Shown: positions 1-10,356 of the stretch, piece after piece
Layout of the letters: every line of letters begins with the position of its first letter
How positions within the stretch are numbered: the stretch's first letter is position 1
Assembly: GCA_963733375.1 (NCBI GenBank)
Contig: CAVTDB010000026.1
Coordinates: forward strand, 160,001-224,000
DNA length: 64,000 nt
Direction of reading: 5' to 3'
Source: Nitrospirota bacterium
GTDB lineage: Bacteria > Nitrospirota > JACRHJ01
The notes under the pieces: model-generated
The model's database searches: none
The model's input: the letters and a program-made list of their open reading frames with translations, nothing else
What the model was told of the DNA's origin: nothing
Program-made: the position numbers and the translations under genes

Positions 1-107
1 GTATAACATAACGCTTCCCCTTGCCCCTGCTATGCTAAGGCGCATACTTTTCATCTTCGGCCCCTTCGCGGGCAAGGTGGCTAAAGTAGCGGGAAGGGCA
101 GGCGGAT

Positions 108-1202
108 TTACAGTACTGCCCCCAGGTCCTCGTACACTCCCTGCGATACGGGCGTCTGCCCGGAGCGGGCCACCAACAGCCTTTTCGCGCCGGGAAAGAA
201 GATTACGCTCTGCACCGTCGTCCGGTTCCCGACCGGTTCGGCGGACAAAACGGAAACGGCGTCGGATACGGCGACTTTATCTTTTGACGCCAGGGCCATT
301 ACGGAATCGTAACGCATTTTTGAGTACGCGTAGGAGAAATATTCCTCAGGCACGTCCGTCCTGGGCGGCTTTTTTACACTACCCTGAGAGCCGGCCATGA
401 GGGGGGTCTCAAAGTGGTTCGTGCAGGCGAGGATGTTATCCGGCGCGCTTCTTGAGACTACCTGCCTGGCGGAAACCTCAAGCACCCGCGCGTCTTCCGG
501 CGATGCGATCAGTAGATTTTTGCCCACTGTGCGCTTTGCTTTGCGTAGGATATCCTCCATCTCGTCCAGCGTCCGGCTTTGCTGTATCGCGATGCGGTTT
601 TGCAGCAGGGCGGGCGTGCCTTTCAGTGTCCTGTCGCGGGACAGAGAAGTCAGGTCTGCGATGAAGAGGCCGGAGGCATTCATCCCCGTGACGACGGCGC
701 AGAATCCGGGCCATGCGACGGAGACGAACGGCTGGCCCTTTTCAGGGTGAATTTTGAATACGGTGTTGAGTGTTGGAAGCGTATCGTGGAACAGGGGATA
801 GTCGAGGTTCCGGGCCACGAATAGCTGTCCGTTTTCCGAGCGGGATGCGGGGACGGCGAACGACGAGCAGGCGAGGTTCACCAATACGTCGTCCAAGGCG
901 TTTATCAGAAAGATAAATTTGAAGCTCTGCCCGGAGCCTTCCGCAACGCCGCGCATCTCGTCGATCAATTCGTCCGGGACATACCGCACCATCCTCAAAG
1001 CAAGCTTCTCAAAATACCAGAGAAGAAACCTCCCGCCGATGCCGAGGGAGATGGAGGACAGATAATCCATCAGCCGCTTTTTCATCAAGGCGATCTCCGG
1101 CGCAAACGCCTTCCCGTGCGCGAGACCTATCTCGCGAGGGGAGCCGGAAAGCTCGATTACCGTGAGGCCGGGGAGACGTTTGACGATGCGGTTTTCGTTC
1201 AT
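108..1202 (-). CDS. C45-family autoproteolytic acyltransferase/Ntn hydrolase
   Basis: 364 aa ORF; N-terminal GSPREIGLAHG, autocleavage-type motif LA|CSSF...ARNLDY, GMNASGL and CTNHF are typical of C45/AAT Ntn hydrolases. Confidence 0.8.
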   Translation of the reverse strand: MNENRIVKRLPGLTVIELSGSPREIGLAHGKAFAPEIALMKKRLMDYLSSISLGIGGRFLLWYFEKLALRMVRYVPDELIDEMRGVAEGSGQSFKFIFLINALDDVLVNLACSSFAVPASRSENGQLFVARNLDYPLFHDTLPTLNTVFKIHPEKGQPFVSVAWPGFCAVVTGMNASGLFIADLTSLSRDRTLKGTPALLQNRIAIQQSRTLDEMEDILRKAKRTVGKNLLIASPEDARVLEVSARQVVSRSAPDNILACTNHFETPLMAGSQGSVKKPPRTDVPEEYFSYAYSKMRYDSVMALASKDKVAVSDAVSVLSAEPVGNRTTVQSVIFFPGAKRLLVARSGQTPVSQGVYEDLGAVL

Positions 1203-1225
1203 TTGTTTATTCTATCATTGAACGG

Positions 1226-1263
1226 AAAAAAAAAAGCCCGCAACGAAAAATTGCGGGCTTTTT
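1226..1263. terminator. Bidirectional rho-independent terminator
   Basis: A-tract, gcccgcaa-cgaaaaa-ttgcgggc stem-loop, then T-tract. Confidence 0.75.
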
Positions 1264-1269
1264 ATTTAA

Positions 1270-2296
1270 CCCTCTCCCGGGAACCCATTCATATTGGTCG
1301 GTGGGAGAGGCAGGGAGAGGGTGAAAATCCTACTGCGTCGGGATCCTGGTCACGCTGTTGTTCCCTGGTTCGTCACCCAGAATTGGCGCCGTCATAGGCT
1401 ATGCTACAGGGATATTACCCCGACGGGGTAAGTGCCCAGGACGGCCTCCGTCGCTGGCGCGCAACTTTGCTTACGTCACTCACGGGTGCTTGTCGTCAGC
1501 GTTAGCCACCCACATATGTGCGCCGTCGAAGGCTATGCCCTAGGGGTCCGACTCCCCACTTGTAGGTGCCGGGGATGGTGCCGTGCTGGGACTACGGTCC
1601 CGGTCACGGAAGCAGCGGTAGCTGCCGGTGCTGTTGCCAAAGTTAGTCACCCACATATCGCGTGCCGTCGAAGGCCATGCCCGCGGGGGACGAAAGGCCC
1701 CGCAGGGGCCGGTAGTAGGCCCTTCGGTGGCCCAAAGCCGTGGCGGTCGCCACGGTCACGGAGTCGTTGCTAAAGTTTGCCACCCAGATATTCGTACCGT
1801 CGAAGGCTAAGGCATCGGGCCGGGGCCCCACCGCAGACTGGGCACCGGCGACGCGCGCCACCACTGTCGGCGTACGACCCGGACGCGCGTGCTTGGTTAC
1901 GCCCCCCTCGTTCGTCACCCAGACTATGTCCGTCGAAGGCTACGGCATTGGGAGCATCCCCCACTGCCATGGGGCTCCCGGTTAGCTGGGTCCCGTCACT
2001 GGCGTTAAATGCGGCCACGCTGTTGCTACGCCTGGTTCGCCACCCAGATATGCGTGCCGTCGAAGGCTATGCCGACTGGGGAGGCACGGTCCCCTTCCCA
2101 CGGTAACAGGGCCAAAGCTCACGGGAACCCCGGTGCTGGCGTGCAGCTCGGTCACGGTCGTTGTCGTGCTCGTGTTCGCCACCCAGATGTTCGTGCCGTC
2201 GAAGGCTATGCCCTGGTGGAGCTGGATCCGATTCCGGTCGTGATGTGTCTGAGGATACCATTGCAGTGTCGCCGCCCTCTCATTTCCTAAGGCCAA
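1270..2296 (-). pseudogene. Beta-propeller repeat protein (YncE/YVTN-like, about 7 GIAFDGxxIWVAN repeats), multiply frameshifted
   Basis: Seven copies of a ~35-nt motif spaced ~130-140 nt apart translate on the minus strand as G(I/M)AFDGT(N/H)(I/M)WVAN with third-position variation; frames are broken by indels (probably read errors). Confidence 0.65.
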
Positions 2297-2525
2297 TCAA
2301 TATATAAATGGCTTATGCCCCGAATTTTATCGCGCATCAAAAAAGCGGCCTTTTTTGCCGTTTACGACGCTATTTCGGGGGTCAGGGAGGGGTTTTTGAG
2401 ACACGTGTTTTAAAGGGGCCGGAGGGATTATTTCCTTTATATAATAAGGAGTTGCGTCCTATTTTCGGCCCGTTTTCGGATGGCGGAAAATCGGGTTCCT
2501 GATTCTGCAACTAATTGATATAAAA
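2296..2525. repeat. Dispersed ~230-bp non-coding element (inverted homolog of 56897-57120)
   Basis: Exact shared blocks: atcaatatataaatggcttat (2296-2316 vs 57100-57120), gcccgttttc (2468-2477 vs 56941-56950) and ctgcaactaattga (2505-2518 vs 56909-56922), colinear with similar spacing. Confidence 0.75.
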
Positions 2526-2588
2526 GGATATTTTTTAACGGCTAATAAGCGGTTTTCCGTTTCCGGCGAGGATATATATGGAAGATAT

Positions 2589-3167
2589 TTATCTGACCAG
2601 TTCCCGTCCCGTCTCGTACGCCTCTTTCATCGCCGTGAGATGGGATTTTATCTCGCCCTTATCGTCGATTTTTCCGTACAGGAGGTTCTTCCATGGCACG
2701 ACGCCTACCGCGTCGAAGAAATATTTCATCGTGAATACCGCGCCGTCGAACGCGCCCGGCACTCCGGAGCCCGCGGTGGATATGAAAACTCCGCGCCTCT
2801 GTAGGCTGCCGCGGTACTGCGGCACAGGCTCCTTCAGAATGTATTTCTTCGCCCAGAAGCACTGGCAGCGGTCGATTAAGGTTTTAGCCCAGGCCGTGAC
2901 GCCCATGAAGTAGATAGGGGAGGCGAGGACGATATGGTCGGCTTCGACTATTTTATCGTAGATGGGCTGGAAGGCGTCCTCCACCTCGCACCGCCCGGTC
3001 TTGAAGCACCGGTTGCAGGAGATGCACGGGTCAAACCGGACCTTGCGGACCTGTATAAGCTCCGTATCCGCGCCAGCGTCAGACGCCCCGCGCAGGAGTT
3101 CCTTTAAAAGAAGCTCCGTATTTCCGTTTACCCTTGGGCTTCCCGAAAAACCTAAAACTTTCATCAT
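2589..3167 (-). CDS. Iron-sulfur flavoprotein (flavodoxin/NADPH-dependent FMN reductase family)
   Basis: GSPRxxGNT FMN loop, CxxCxxCx5C (CISCNRCFKTGRC), ASPIYF. Confidence 0.88.
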   Translation of the reverse strand: MMKVLGFSGSPRVNGNTELLLKELLRGASDAGADTELIQVRKVRFDPCISCNRCFKTGRCEVEDAFQPIYDKIVEADHIVLASPIYFMGVTAWAKTLIDRCQCFWAKKYILKEPVPQYRGSLQRRGVFISTAGSGVPGAFDGAVFTMKYFFDAVGVVPWKNLLYGKIDDKGEIKSHLTAMKEAYETGRELVR

Positions 3168-3186
3168 GCTCTCATGAAATCCCCGT

Positions 3187-3513
3187 CTATTTTACCGACC
3201 TGATGTACATGACGAGCGAGTCCATCCTCGCGGAATTTTCCGGCAGAGGCTTGCCCTTCAAATTTCCCTCTATGCAGCCGTTAATTACATTTTTAAGGCT
3301 GGCGTCATCCGGGTGTTTGGCGGCGTCTTTCTTGATGTTCTCATCCGTGTTATGGCAGGACGCGCATGATTTTCCATTCGTTCCGAGGGATGGGTCGTTG
3401 AAAAGCTTCTTTCCAACCGCGACGGAAGGCGGATTATCTGCATAAGCCACATATGACCCGTGACAAAACGCGATAACGGCCAATGCAGCCCAGACAAGCG
3501 AGATATGTTTCAT
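3187..3513 (-). CDS. Periplasmic monoheme cytochrome c
   Basis: Signal peptide, GKKLFNDPSLG, single CASCH heme motif. Confidence 0.8.
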   Translation of the reverse strand: MKHISLVWAALAVIAFCHGSYVAYADNPPSVAVGKKLFNDPSLGTNGKSCASCHNTDENIKKDAAKHPDDASLKNVINGCIEGNLKGKPLPENSARMDSLVMYIRSVK

Positions 3514-3613
3514 TGGATGGTCCCTCCTGAAAATGTAGACACCGATTCATTGGGCGGTTTGTAAAAACGCCGAAAACTGGCCTGATTAAAGATTATTATA
3601 GCAGAGAGCGGAA

Positions 3614-4540
3614 TTATGGGTTGCACTTCCCGCAGATGGACTTGAATAACGTGGTGCTCAGGTAGCGGTCGCCCCTGTCCGGGAACAGGGTGACGACGGT
3701 GCCGGATTTAAGATTTTTTGCTATCTGGATTGCCCCGGCCATCGCCGCACCGGAAGACATCCCGACGAATATGCCTTCTTTAAGAGCTAAGTCGCGGGCG
3801 GTTTCGTAGGCCAGGTCATCCTGGACGACTATTGTGTCATCCAGTTTTGATGGATCGAAAATACTTGGGACGATTGCCTCTTTCATGTTCTTAAGACCCT
3901 GGATCTTGTGTCCCTTGATAGGCTCGACGCCGATTATTTTAATAGAAGAGTCATATTCTTTCAGCCTTTTCCCCACGCCCATAATAGTTCCCGTGGTCCC
4001 GATACCGGCGACGAACGCGGCGATATCTCCCCGTGTCTGATTATATATCTCCGGCCCGGTGGTCTCGTAATGGGCGCTGACGTTGTAGCCATTTGCGAAC
4101 TGGTTCGGCATGAAATATATTTCGGGTGCGGCATCCAGTATCTTGTGCGCCTCGCGTATCGCCCCATCCGTACCCTCTTCCGCCTTCGTCAGGACGATCT
4201 CCGCCCCCAGGGCCTCGAGGATACTTCTGCGCTCCATCGATACGCACGCCGGCATTGTTAATTTCAGGCGATATCCTTTGGCCGCGGCTACCATGGCAAG
4301 CCCAATGCCGGTATTGCCGGAGGTTGCTTCCAGTATTATCTTATCCCTGGTCAGAACGCCCTGCTCCTCCGCCTTCAGTATCATATACAGGGCAGGCCTG
4401 TCCTTGACGGAGCCGCCGGGATTCGCGCCTTCCAGCTTCGCCATTATACGGACATTCGGGTTCGGGTTTATGTTCCTTATCTCGACCAGGGGGGTATTCC
4501 CTATGGAGTCCAGTACGCTCATCTGCTGCCGTCCTTTCAA
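3614..4540 (-). CDS. cysM: Cysteine synthase (CysM/CysK, PLP-dependent)
   Basis: IGNTPLV, NPGGSVKDR (PLP lysine), EATSGNTG, GIGTTGT, PDRGDRYLS. Confidence 0.9.
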   Translation of the reverse strand: MKGRQQMSVLDSIGNTPLVEIRNINPNPNVRIMAKLEGANPGGSVKDRPALYMILKAEEQGVLTRDKIILEATSGNTGIGLAMVAAAKGYRLKLTMPACVSMERRSILEALGAEIVLTKAEEGTDGAIREAHKILDAAPEIYFMPNQFANGYNVSAHYETTGPEIYNQTRGDIAAFVAGIGTTGTIMGVGKRLKEYDSSIKIIGVEPIKGHKIQGLKNMKEAIVPSIFDPSKLDDTIVVQDDLAYETARDLALKEGIFVGMSSGAAMAGAIQIAKNLKSGTVVTLFPDRGDRYLSTTLFKSICGKCNP

Positions 4541-4611
4541 AAAAGTTCCTACAATGAATCCATTATCAGTATAAATTCATGGACAGAAGGTGTCAACTTC
4601 CGTTTAAACGC

Positions 4612-4640
4612 AAAAGAGGGGCTTTTAGCCCCTCCCTTTG
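4612..4640. terminator. Stem-loop, probable terminator
   Basis: caaaagaggggc-tttta-gcccctccctttg hairpin between the YfaP-like gene and cysM. Confidence 0.5.
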
Positions 4641-4702
4641 CGGAATCGCAAGTGACGGTGTCCCGGAAATTCTGCGGAATTGTGAATTCTGTCGCCGTAA
4701 TT

Positions 4703-5598
4703 CTATTTCATGAAAATTAAGGTGATGCGTTTTTTTAAGTCAACTGCAGGGGGAACGGATGTCTTTATATTAATTTTATCCTTTGGTGGTGTTCCGAATT
4801 TAACTTCAAAAGGTATACCGCTCTTTGTTTTTACCAGTGGCTGCATCGATAGTGGAACCGAACTCTGGCTATAGAACGTTATATAACAAACATCCGCCCA
4901 GTCCCAACCAGTAGCATTAGGACCGGTATTACTACTGTCGCTGTATGCCAAATTGCCTCTGAAGGTATAATTACTCTCCAAGTCAGTACCTTCATTAAGC
5001 TTGACATTAACGGTATAATTACTCGGGCTGTTGCCGTGGTCGCTGTAATAATGAAGCCTTACGTAATAGGGGCTGTCAAGGCTAAGGGTGTCCGTGTCCA
5101 TGAGAGTCCAGTGTTCCGGGCCGTAACCAGTAGTGCAGTCATAATCAAGTTCGCCACCGTCGGCGGTAACTTTATGATAGTAGCATGAATAATCACCGGT
5201 AGGATCTATGACATACGTGTCGATATCCGTATCGTAAGTATCCACGTGGTGGTGACTAGTATGAGAGATTTAGGAAGGTTAAGATTAAGCACAAAACCGC
5301 TGTATTCGATATTGTTGTGAAGCGTTATTGGCCTAAACTTTTGCTCTGACAGGCTGTATACATCCCCGGTTGTTACAAATTGCAGATAATTATCACCGCT
5401 TACGAGATTAACGGCCACGGAAAAATCCCCGTTTGGGGCTACGTCCGTTTTATAACATGTATCTCCTACGAATACCTCCAAACTGTTTACTAAGATATCG
5501 CCGCTGTTTTCAATATTGCCGTCAATAAAATGTGCGGTGGAACTGCTGACAGAAACGGGTGAAGTGATATTTATTGTTACTGGTACACCGTCACTCAT
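4703..5598 (-). CDS. YfaP/DUF2135-domain extracellular protein (C-terminal part; frameshift ~5240; 5' part lost in poor-quality sequence)
   Basis: DTDIDTYVIDPTG...GGELDYDCTTGYGPEH...YYVRLHYY motif preceded by an Ig-like segment; AT-richer than the flanks. Confidence 0.6.
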
Positions 5599-6392
5599 AA
5601 TATCTTCATAATTTTCGAAACGAATAGAACCGTCACCGCATATCTGATTAGATCATAACTACCACCAAACCCCAAAGTATGAATAGCATCAAAGTATTAT
5701 TTGCATAATTATATTTTATGCTTCTATTTTCGCCTGGTAAATTTGGGTCATATATCAATATTTCCCCTGAAGGGCCATTCACCCATAGGCAAGGACGGAA
5801 TGAGTATCACGTTGATTACTATCTTTGTGTCCAATAATATAAACACGGGATTTTGTGTGTCTTTAATATTTTTATATATTAAATTGAAAGTATCTTATCG
5901 TCTAACTTGTTGATTATCATCAAAAGGTTCTGAAGGTACGAAACCATCTGCTGAATTGAAGTTTCTGCCTTATAGAATTAAATCTTGCCAGTAAGCGCTG
6001 TTCATCACGTTAGCCACTATATTCATATAATTAGGGGTAAATGCCAAGGTTGCCTTTTTGCTCATAAAATACCATAATGAGAAAGAAGTCATTCCGAAAC
6101 ATTATTGGACGGGTAAGCGTTATTATTTTTTTGAATCCATCGTCCGCTGGATGATATTTGTAGGACATTTCATAACCGTAATTCGTAGGCGATTTCATTC
6201 CATGTGTAAGACGCTGAAATGTATCTGTAAATGTGTGGGCTACCGGTCATATTTATTAACTGGACAGGGCGTAGAATTGCCTTGATGTCACGTATATGGC
6301 GCGTACATTGTTCCCGTCATCGGCAAATGGTACCGTTACCTGTACAGGCTGATCAACTGATATACTACCGGAACATTAATATAAAGAAGTTT

Positions 6393-7478
6393 GGGCGGCA
6401 CGCGCGGAAAAGCGCCAGACGCGACAGGAGACCAGGCGGACGGCGCGCCGGGGGAACCAGACGGCGACGGCGGCCGCGCGGCCACGCCGGAAAGCGGGAC
6501 GGGGGCACCGGACAAGCCGACGCGAAGCAACGAGCGCCCAAGAGGAGCGGGAAAGAGCAGCCGCGGAGGAGCAAGAGGGAGAGGAGGGACAAAGACAGCC
6601 GGGAGCAAGAAGAGAGAGCAGCGGAGCCGCCCCAGGGAAGGAAGCCGGGCGAAAAGGCAGCGGGCCCGCGGCGAACACACCACCCGGCCGCGGACAGAAA
6701 GACGGCCGAAGCGCGGCCGCACGCAAACGGAGAGACAAAACGGGGCCAAGCGCCGGCAGCCACAGAGCACCCACGGCCAGCGGCACAACGACGCGCAACA
6801 GAAGGACACGCCAGCGGCCCGCGACAAAGGAACGACCCCAGAACGGGGGGGGAAGGACGGAACGCCAGGGCAGGCGCGCCCGACAAACGACCCGGCACCA
6901 AGCCGCCCCCAGCGCAGAGGGCGACCGGCAGGCCGCGGACGAAAAAGGCGCGACCGCAGGCCGGCAAGCGAAAAAACAAAAGGAAAAAACACGCCCGGCA
7001 GAACGGGCGCGGACCAACACGCCCCAGGACAGCGAAACACACGAAGGCCGAAAGAAACCAGCCGGCCGCACCAGCGGAAACCAACACCGGGCCGACCGAC
7101 AACAGCAGCGCAGGCAAGGGCCGGGAAGGCGGGCGACGAGCACGCGCGAACCCGCACCGACGCACGCGAGGACGCCAGCGCCCACGGGGCCAGCGCCGGG
7201 CCGGGCCCAGGCCCACGGCCCCACGCCGACACCAGACAGGCCAGGGCACGGCAAGACCAGAACAACAACGAACAAGAGGAAAGCGGAGAAACAAAACAAC
7301 AAGACAAAGACCAACACAGAAAAGCAAAAAGCGGGCACAGGGCAGGGAGGAAGAAGAAAGGAGGAAAAAGAAGAAAGAAAGAAGGGGAGGAAAAAGAAAA
7401 AAGAAAAAAAAGAGAGGGGAAAAAAAGAAAAAAAAAAAAAAAAGAGAAAAAAAAAAGGGAAAAAAAGAAAAGAAAAAA
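6393..7478. other. T-free low-complexity tract (~1.09 kb), probable basecalling/assembly artefact
   Basis: No T seen on the + strand across the span; grades into pure A/G homopolymer runs at 7350-7478. Confidence 0.8.
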
Positions 7479-7519
7479 TTCATGGACAACCCTGTCAACC
7501 GAAGTTATAATGGCACGTT

Positions 7520-8890
7520 ATGTATTTATCTATTCCAAGACTCACGATATCAGCCCCGCACCGGAGCTCCGGCAAAAGCACCGTCACTATCGGCCTGTGC
7601 GCCGCGCTTTCGGCAAGGGGCCTGAAAGTGCAGCCGTTCAAGAAAGGCCCGGATTTCATAGACCCCATGTGGCACGAGGCCGCGACGGGCAGGCCGTCAT
7701 ATAACCTTGATTTTTTTATGATGGGCCCTGAAAAGATAGAAAAAAGCTTCCAAAAACGTGCGAAAGGCGCCGATATATCCATAATAGAGGGCAACATGGG
7801 CCTCTATGACGGGATAGATATAGAGGGATCGGACTCCACGGCGGGCTTGGCAAGGCTCCTTAAATCGCCCGTCATCCTGGTGGTCGACTGCTCCGGCATG
7901 ACCAGGGGTATTGCCCCGCTGGTCAACGGGTTCTGCAAATTCGAGCCGGAGACTAACGTCGCCGGGATTATCCTTAATAAGGTAAAAGGTTCAAGGCATG
8001 AAAAGAAGCTCCGGGAGGCTGTAGAGCGTTTTTGCGGAGTGCCGGTGCTTGGTGCGCTGCCGCACCAGGAGGAAATGGGCATCAGAATGCGCCACCTCGG
8101 ACTTGTTCCCCTGAAGGAAGAGGAAGGGCTCCTGCCGGTGGTTACGGAGATGCAGAAGGTCATAACCGAAAATCTGGACCTTGATAGGGTAATCGACATA
8201 GCCTCTTCCGCCCAATCCCTTGAGGAACTTCCGCAGGAGGATATATTAATTCCGGAGCCGGTGGTCCGTATAGGGGTGGCGATGGATAGGGCGTTTACCT
8301 TCTATTATCCGGAGAATTTAGAAGGGCTGCGGGCGGCCGGTGCGGAATTGGTTCCCTTTTCACCGCTTGAGGACAAGGACCTGCCTGCGGTGGACGCGCT
8401 ATATATAGGAGGGGGGTTCCCTGAAGTTCATATGGAAGCCCTGGAAAAAAACGCCTCTATGCGGAAAGCGGTAAAGGATGCCGCAGAGGGGGGTATGCCT
8501 GTTTACGCCGAGTGCGGGGGGTTGATGTACCTTTGCGGCAGCCTTGTCTGGGAGGGGCTGATGTGCCGGATGGCGGAGGTTTTTCCCTGCGCCATAAGGA
8601 TGTCGAAGCGGCCCATGGGCCACGGCTACGTCCTGCTCCGTCCGACGGCGGAGGGCTCCTGGCCCGTCTTTGCCGAAGAGATAAGGGCGCACGAGTTCCA
8701 TCACTCCAGTATTGACAGGGCGGGTGAGGATATAAAATTCGCTTTTCAGGTCCTTAGGGGCAGGGGAGTGGACGGCAGCCATGACGGGATGGTCTATAAA
8801 AATGTCCTGGCGGCGTATACGCACATACATTCCCTTGGGACGCCGGGGTGGGCCCCGTCTTTCGTGCAGTTCGTAAAAAGCATATGTTAA
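7520..8890 (+). CDS. dsrN: Cobyrinate a,c-diamide synthase-like siroheme amidase DsrN
   Basis: SSGKST P-loop, FKKGPDFIDP, EGNMGLYDG, YAECGGLMYL glutaminase motif, HEFH; directly upstream of dsrC. Confidence 0.88.
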   Translation: MYLSIPRLTISAPHRSSGKSTVTIGLCAALSARGLKVQPFKKGPDFIDPMWHEAATGRPSYNLDFFMMGPEKIEKSFQKRAKGADISIIEGNMGLYDGIDIEGSDSTAGLARLLKSPVILVVDCSGMTRGIAPLVNGFCKFEPETNVAGIILNKVKGSRHEKKLREAVERFCGVPVLGALPHQEEMGIRMRHLGLVPLKEEEGLLPVVTEMQKVITENLDLDRVIDIASSAQSLEELPQEDILIPEPVVRIGVAMDRAFTFYYPENLEGLRAAGAELVPFSPLEDKDLPAVDALYIGGGFPEVHMEALEKNASMRKAVKDAAEGGMPVYAECGGLMYLCGSLVWEGLMCRMAEVFPCAIRMSKRPMGHGYVLLRPTAEGSWPVFAEEIRAHEFHHSSIDRAGEDIKFAFQVLRGRGVDGSHDGMVYKNVLAAYTHIHSLGTPGWAPSFVQFVKSIC

Positions 8891-8952
8891 AACCTATTAA
8901 TTAAAATTATAATGACTTTAAAATTATCTATATAGTCACTTTTCAAAAAAGC

Positions 8953-8982
8953 TTGACAAACGCGCTTTGACGGACTTATAGT
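8953..8982 (+). promoter_or_regulatory. Putative sigma70 promoter of the dsrCMK operon
   Basis: TTGACA-18 nt-TATAGT in the AT-rich dsrN-dsrC intergenic region. Confidence 0.5.
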
Positions 8983-9191
8983 ATCACTGAAAATAAACAG
9001 CGTTTTAAAATTAACCCTTAAGTAGTATAACCTTCGGCAATAAAACGCAAAGTTTATAATTTCCCGTCTGTCCATTCAGGCTCAATTAAGGTCTGAAAAC
9101 AAGATAGAATGACCAAGTATTTTAAAGAATCACAGGTGTCGATGGGGCGTCTGTGGGTGACAGGGTAACTCTCTAACAGGAGGTAAGTAAG

Positions 9192-9527
9192 ATGCCGAAT
9201 ATCGAATTTAAGGGCAGATCCTATGAAGTGGACGAGGACGGGTATCTCATTAACCTGGACGACTGGAACGAAGATGTCGCGGGTTATTTAGCGGAGCAGG
9301 AAGAAGTCGAGATGACCCCCGCCCACTGGGAAGTGGTCAACTTCCTCAGGGATTACTACGCCGAATACAAAATAGCCCCGATGATCAAGATCTTGGTCAA
9401 GGCCCTGGGCGCGAAACTCGGACCGGAGAAGGGCAACACGAAGTACCTTTACGAGCTCTATCCGGCCGGACCCGCGAAGCAGGCTTGCAAGATCGCAGGG
9501 CTTCCCAAACCGACCGGCTGCGTATAA
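9192..9527 (+). CDS. dsrC: Sulfur carrier DsrC
   Basis: VDEDGYL...HWEVVNFLRDYY; C-terminal GPAKQACKIAGLPKPTGCV with both conserved Cys; SD GGAGG. Confidence 0.97.
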   Translation: MPNIEFKGRSYEVDEDGYLINLDDWNEDVAGYLAEQEEVEMTPAHWEVVNFLRDYYAEYKIAPMIKILVKALGAKLGPEKGNTKYLYELYPAGPAKQACKIAGLPKPTGCV

Positions 9528-9549
9528 GGCAATCGGAAACGTTCCCCTG

Positions 9550-9579
9550 TCCCGTCCCGCCTGAAAAGGCGGGACGGGA
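9550..9579 (+). promoter_or_regulatory. GC-rich 13-bp stem with GAAA loop between dsrC and dsrM
   Basis: tcccgtcccgcct-gaaa-aggcgggacggga, no U-tract. Confidence 0.6.
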
Positions 9580-9612
9580 TAAGCGTCAACCGGTCTGGAA
9601 GGAAGGATATCG

Positions 9613-10344
9613 ATGGAATTCTCTCTTATTACGGTAATCTTTTCCCTGATGGCCTATGGAGCGGCGGCCATTTTTATCTTCGGCCTTCTCTCGAAGATAA
9701 TAAATTACGCCAGAACCCCATCCCCGCTTATAATCCCTACGACCCCGGCCCCCACGACTTCTTTCGGCGCGATGGTCCGGGTCCTGAGTGAGGTATTTCT
9801 GTTCAGGAGCCTTTACAAGGGCAACAAATGGACATGGGTAGGCGGCGTGGTCTTCCACTGGGCCTTCCTGTTCGTGATACTCCGGCACCTCCGTTATTTC
9901 TTCTTTCCCGTGCCAGCCTGGGTTATGGGACTCCAGAATATAGGCATCTATGCCGGGATAATCCTTCCCATAGGCGTGCTGTACCTGCTGATGAGGCGCA
10001 CCACGGTAGACAGGACAGTTTTCATTTCATCCCTGGCGGATTATTTCGCGCTTGCCCTTATTTTCTTTATCGCCGGGACCGGCCTCATTATGAAATACTA
10101 TGAGCGGCCGTTCATGGTGGACATAAAAGGCTTCGTGTACGGCCTTATGACCTTTAATCTCTCTACCATGCCGCTGGACCCGCTCTTCCTCGTACACTTC
10201 ACCCTGGTGCTGATGCTGCTTGCGTACTTCCCGTACAGCAAGCTGGTGCACGCGGCAGGAATATTCTTCAGCCCGACGAGGAACCAGGCGGACAACCCGA
10301 GGGAGAAAAGGCATGTAACCCCCTGGTCGCCGAACCTTACTTAA
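9613..10344 (+). CDS. dsrM: DsrM membrane diheme cytochrome b (NarI-like)
   Basis: YARTPSPLIIPTTPAPTT, FHW...RHLRYF, HFTLV...FPYSKLVH; short 243 aa form. Confidence 0.93.
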   Translation: MEFSLITVIFSLMAYGAAAIFIFGLLSKIINYARTPSPLIIPTTPAPTTSFGAMVRVLSEVFLFRSLYKGNKWTWVGGVVFHWAFLFVILRHLRYFFFPVPAWVMGLQNIGIYAGIILPIGVLYLLMRRTTVDRTVFISSLADYFALALIFFIAGTGLIMKYYERPFMVDIKGFVYGLMTFNLSTMPLDPLFLVHFTLVLMLLAYFPYSKLVHAAGIFFSPTRNQADNPREKRHVTPWSPNLT

Positions 10345-10356
10345 GGAGATTTCAAA

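Noticed and set aside
1376-2215. Possible CRISPR array
   Set aside because: Spacers are ~100 nt and partly similar to each other, the repeats vary at codon third positions and translate to a protein repeat, and there are no cas genes in the window
6231-7704. Long Arg/Gly/Lys-rich or Phe-rich ORFs in several frames
   Set aside because: By-products of the T-free tract, which cannot encode stop codons on either strand; not real proteins
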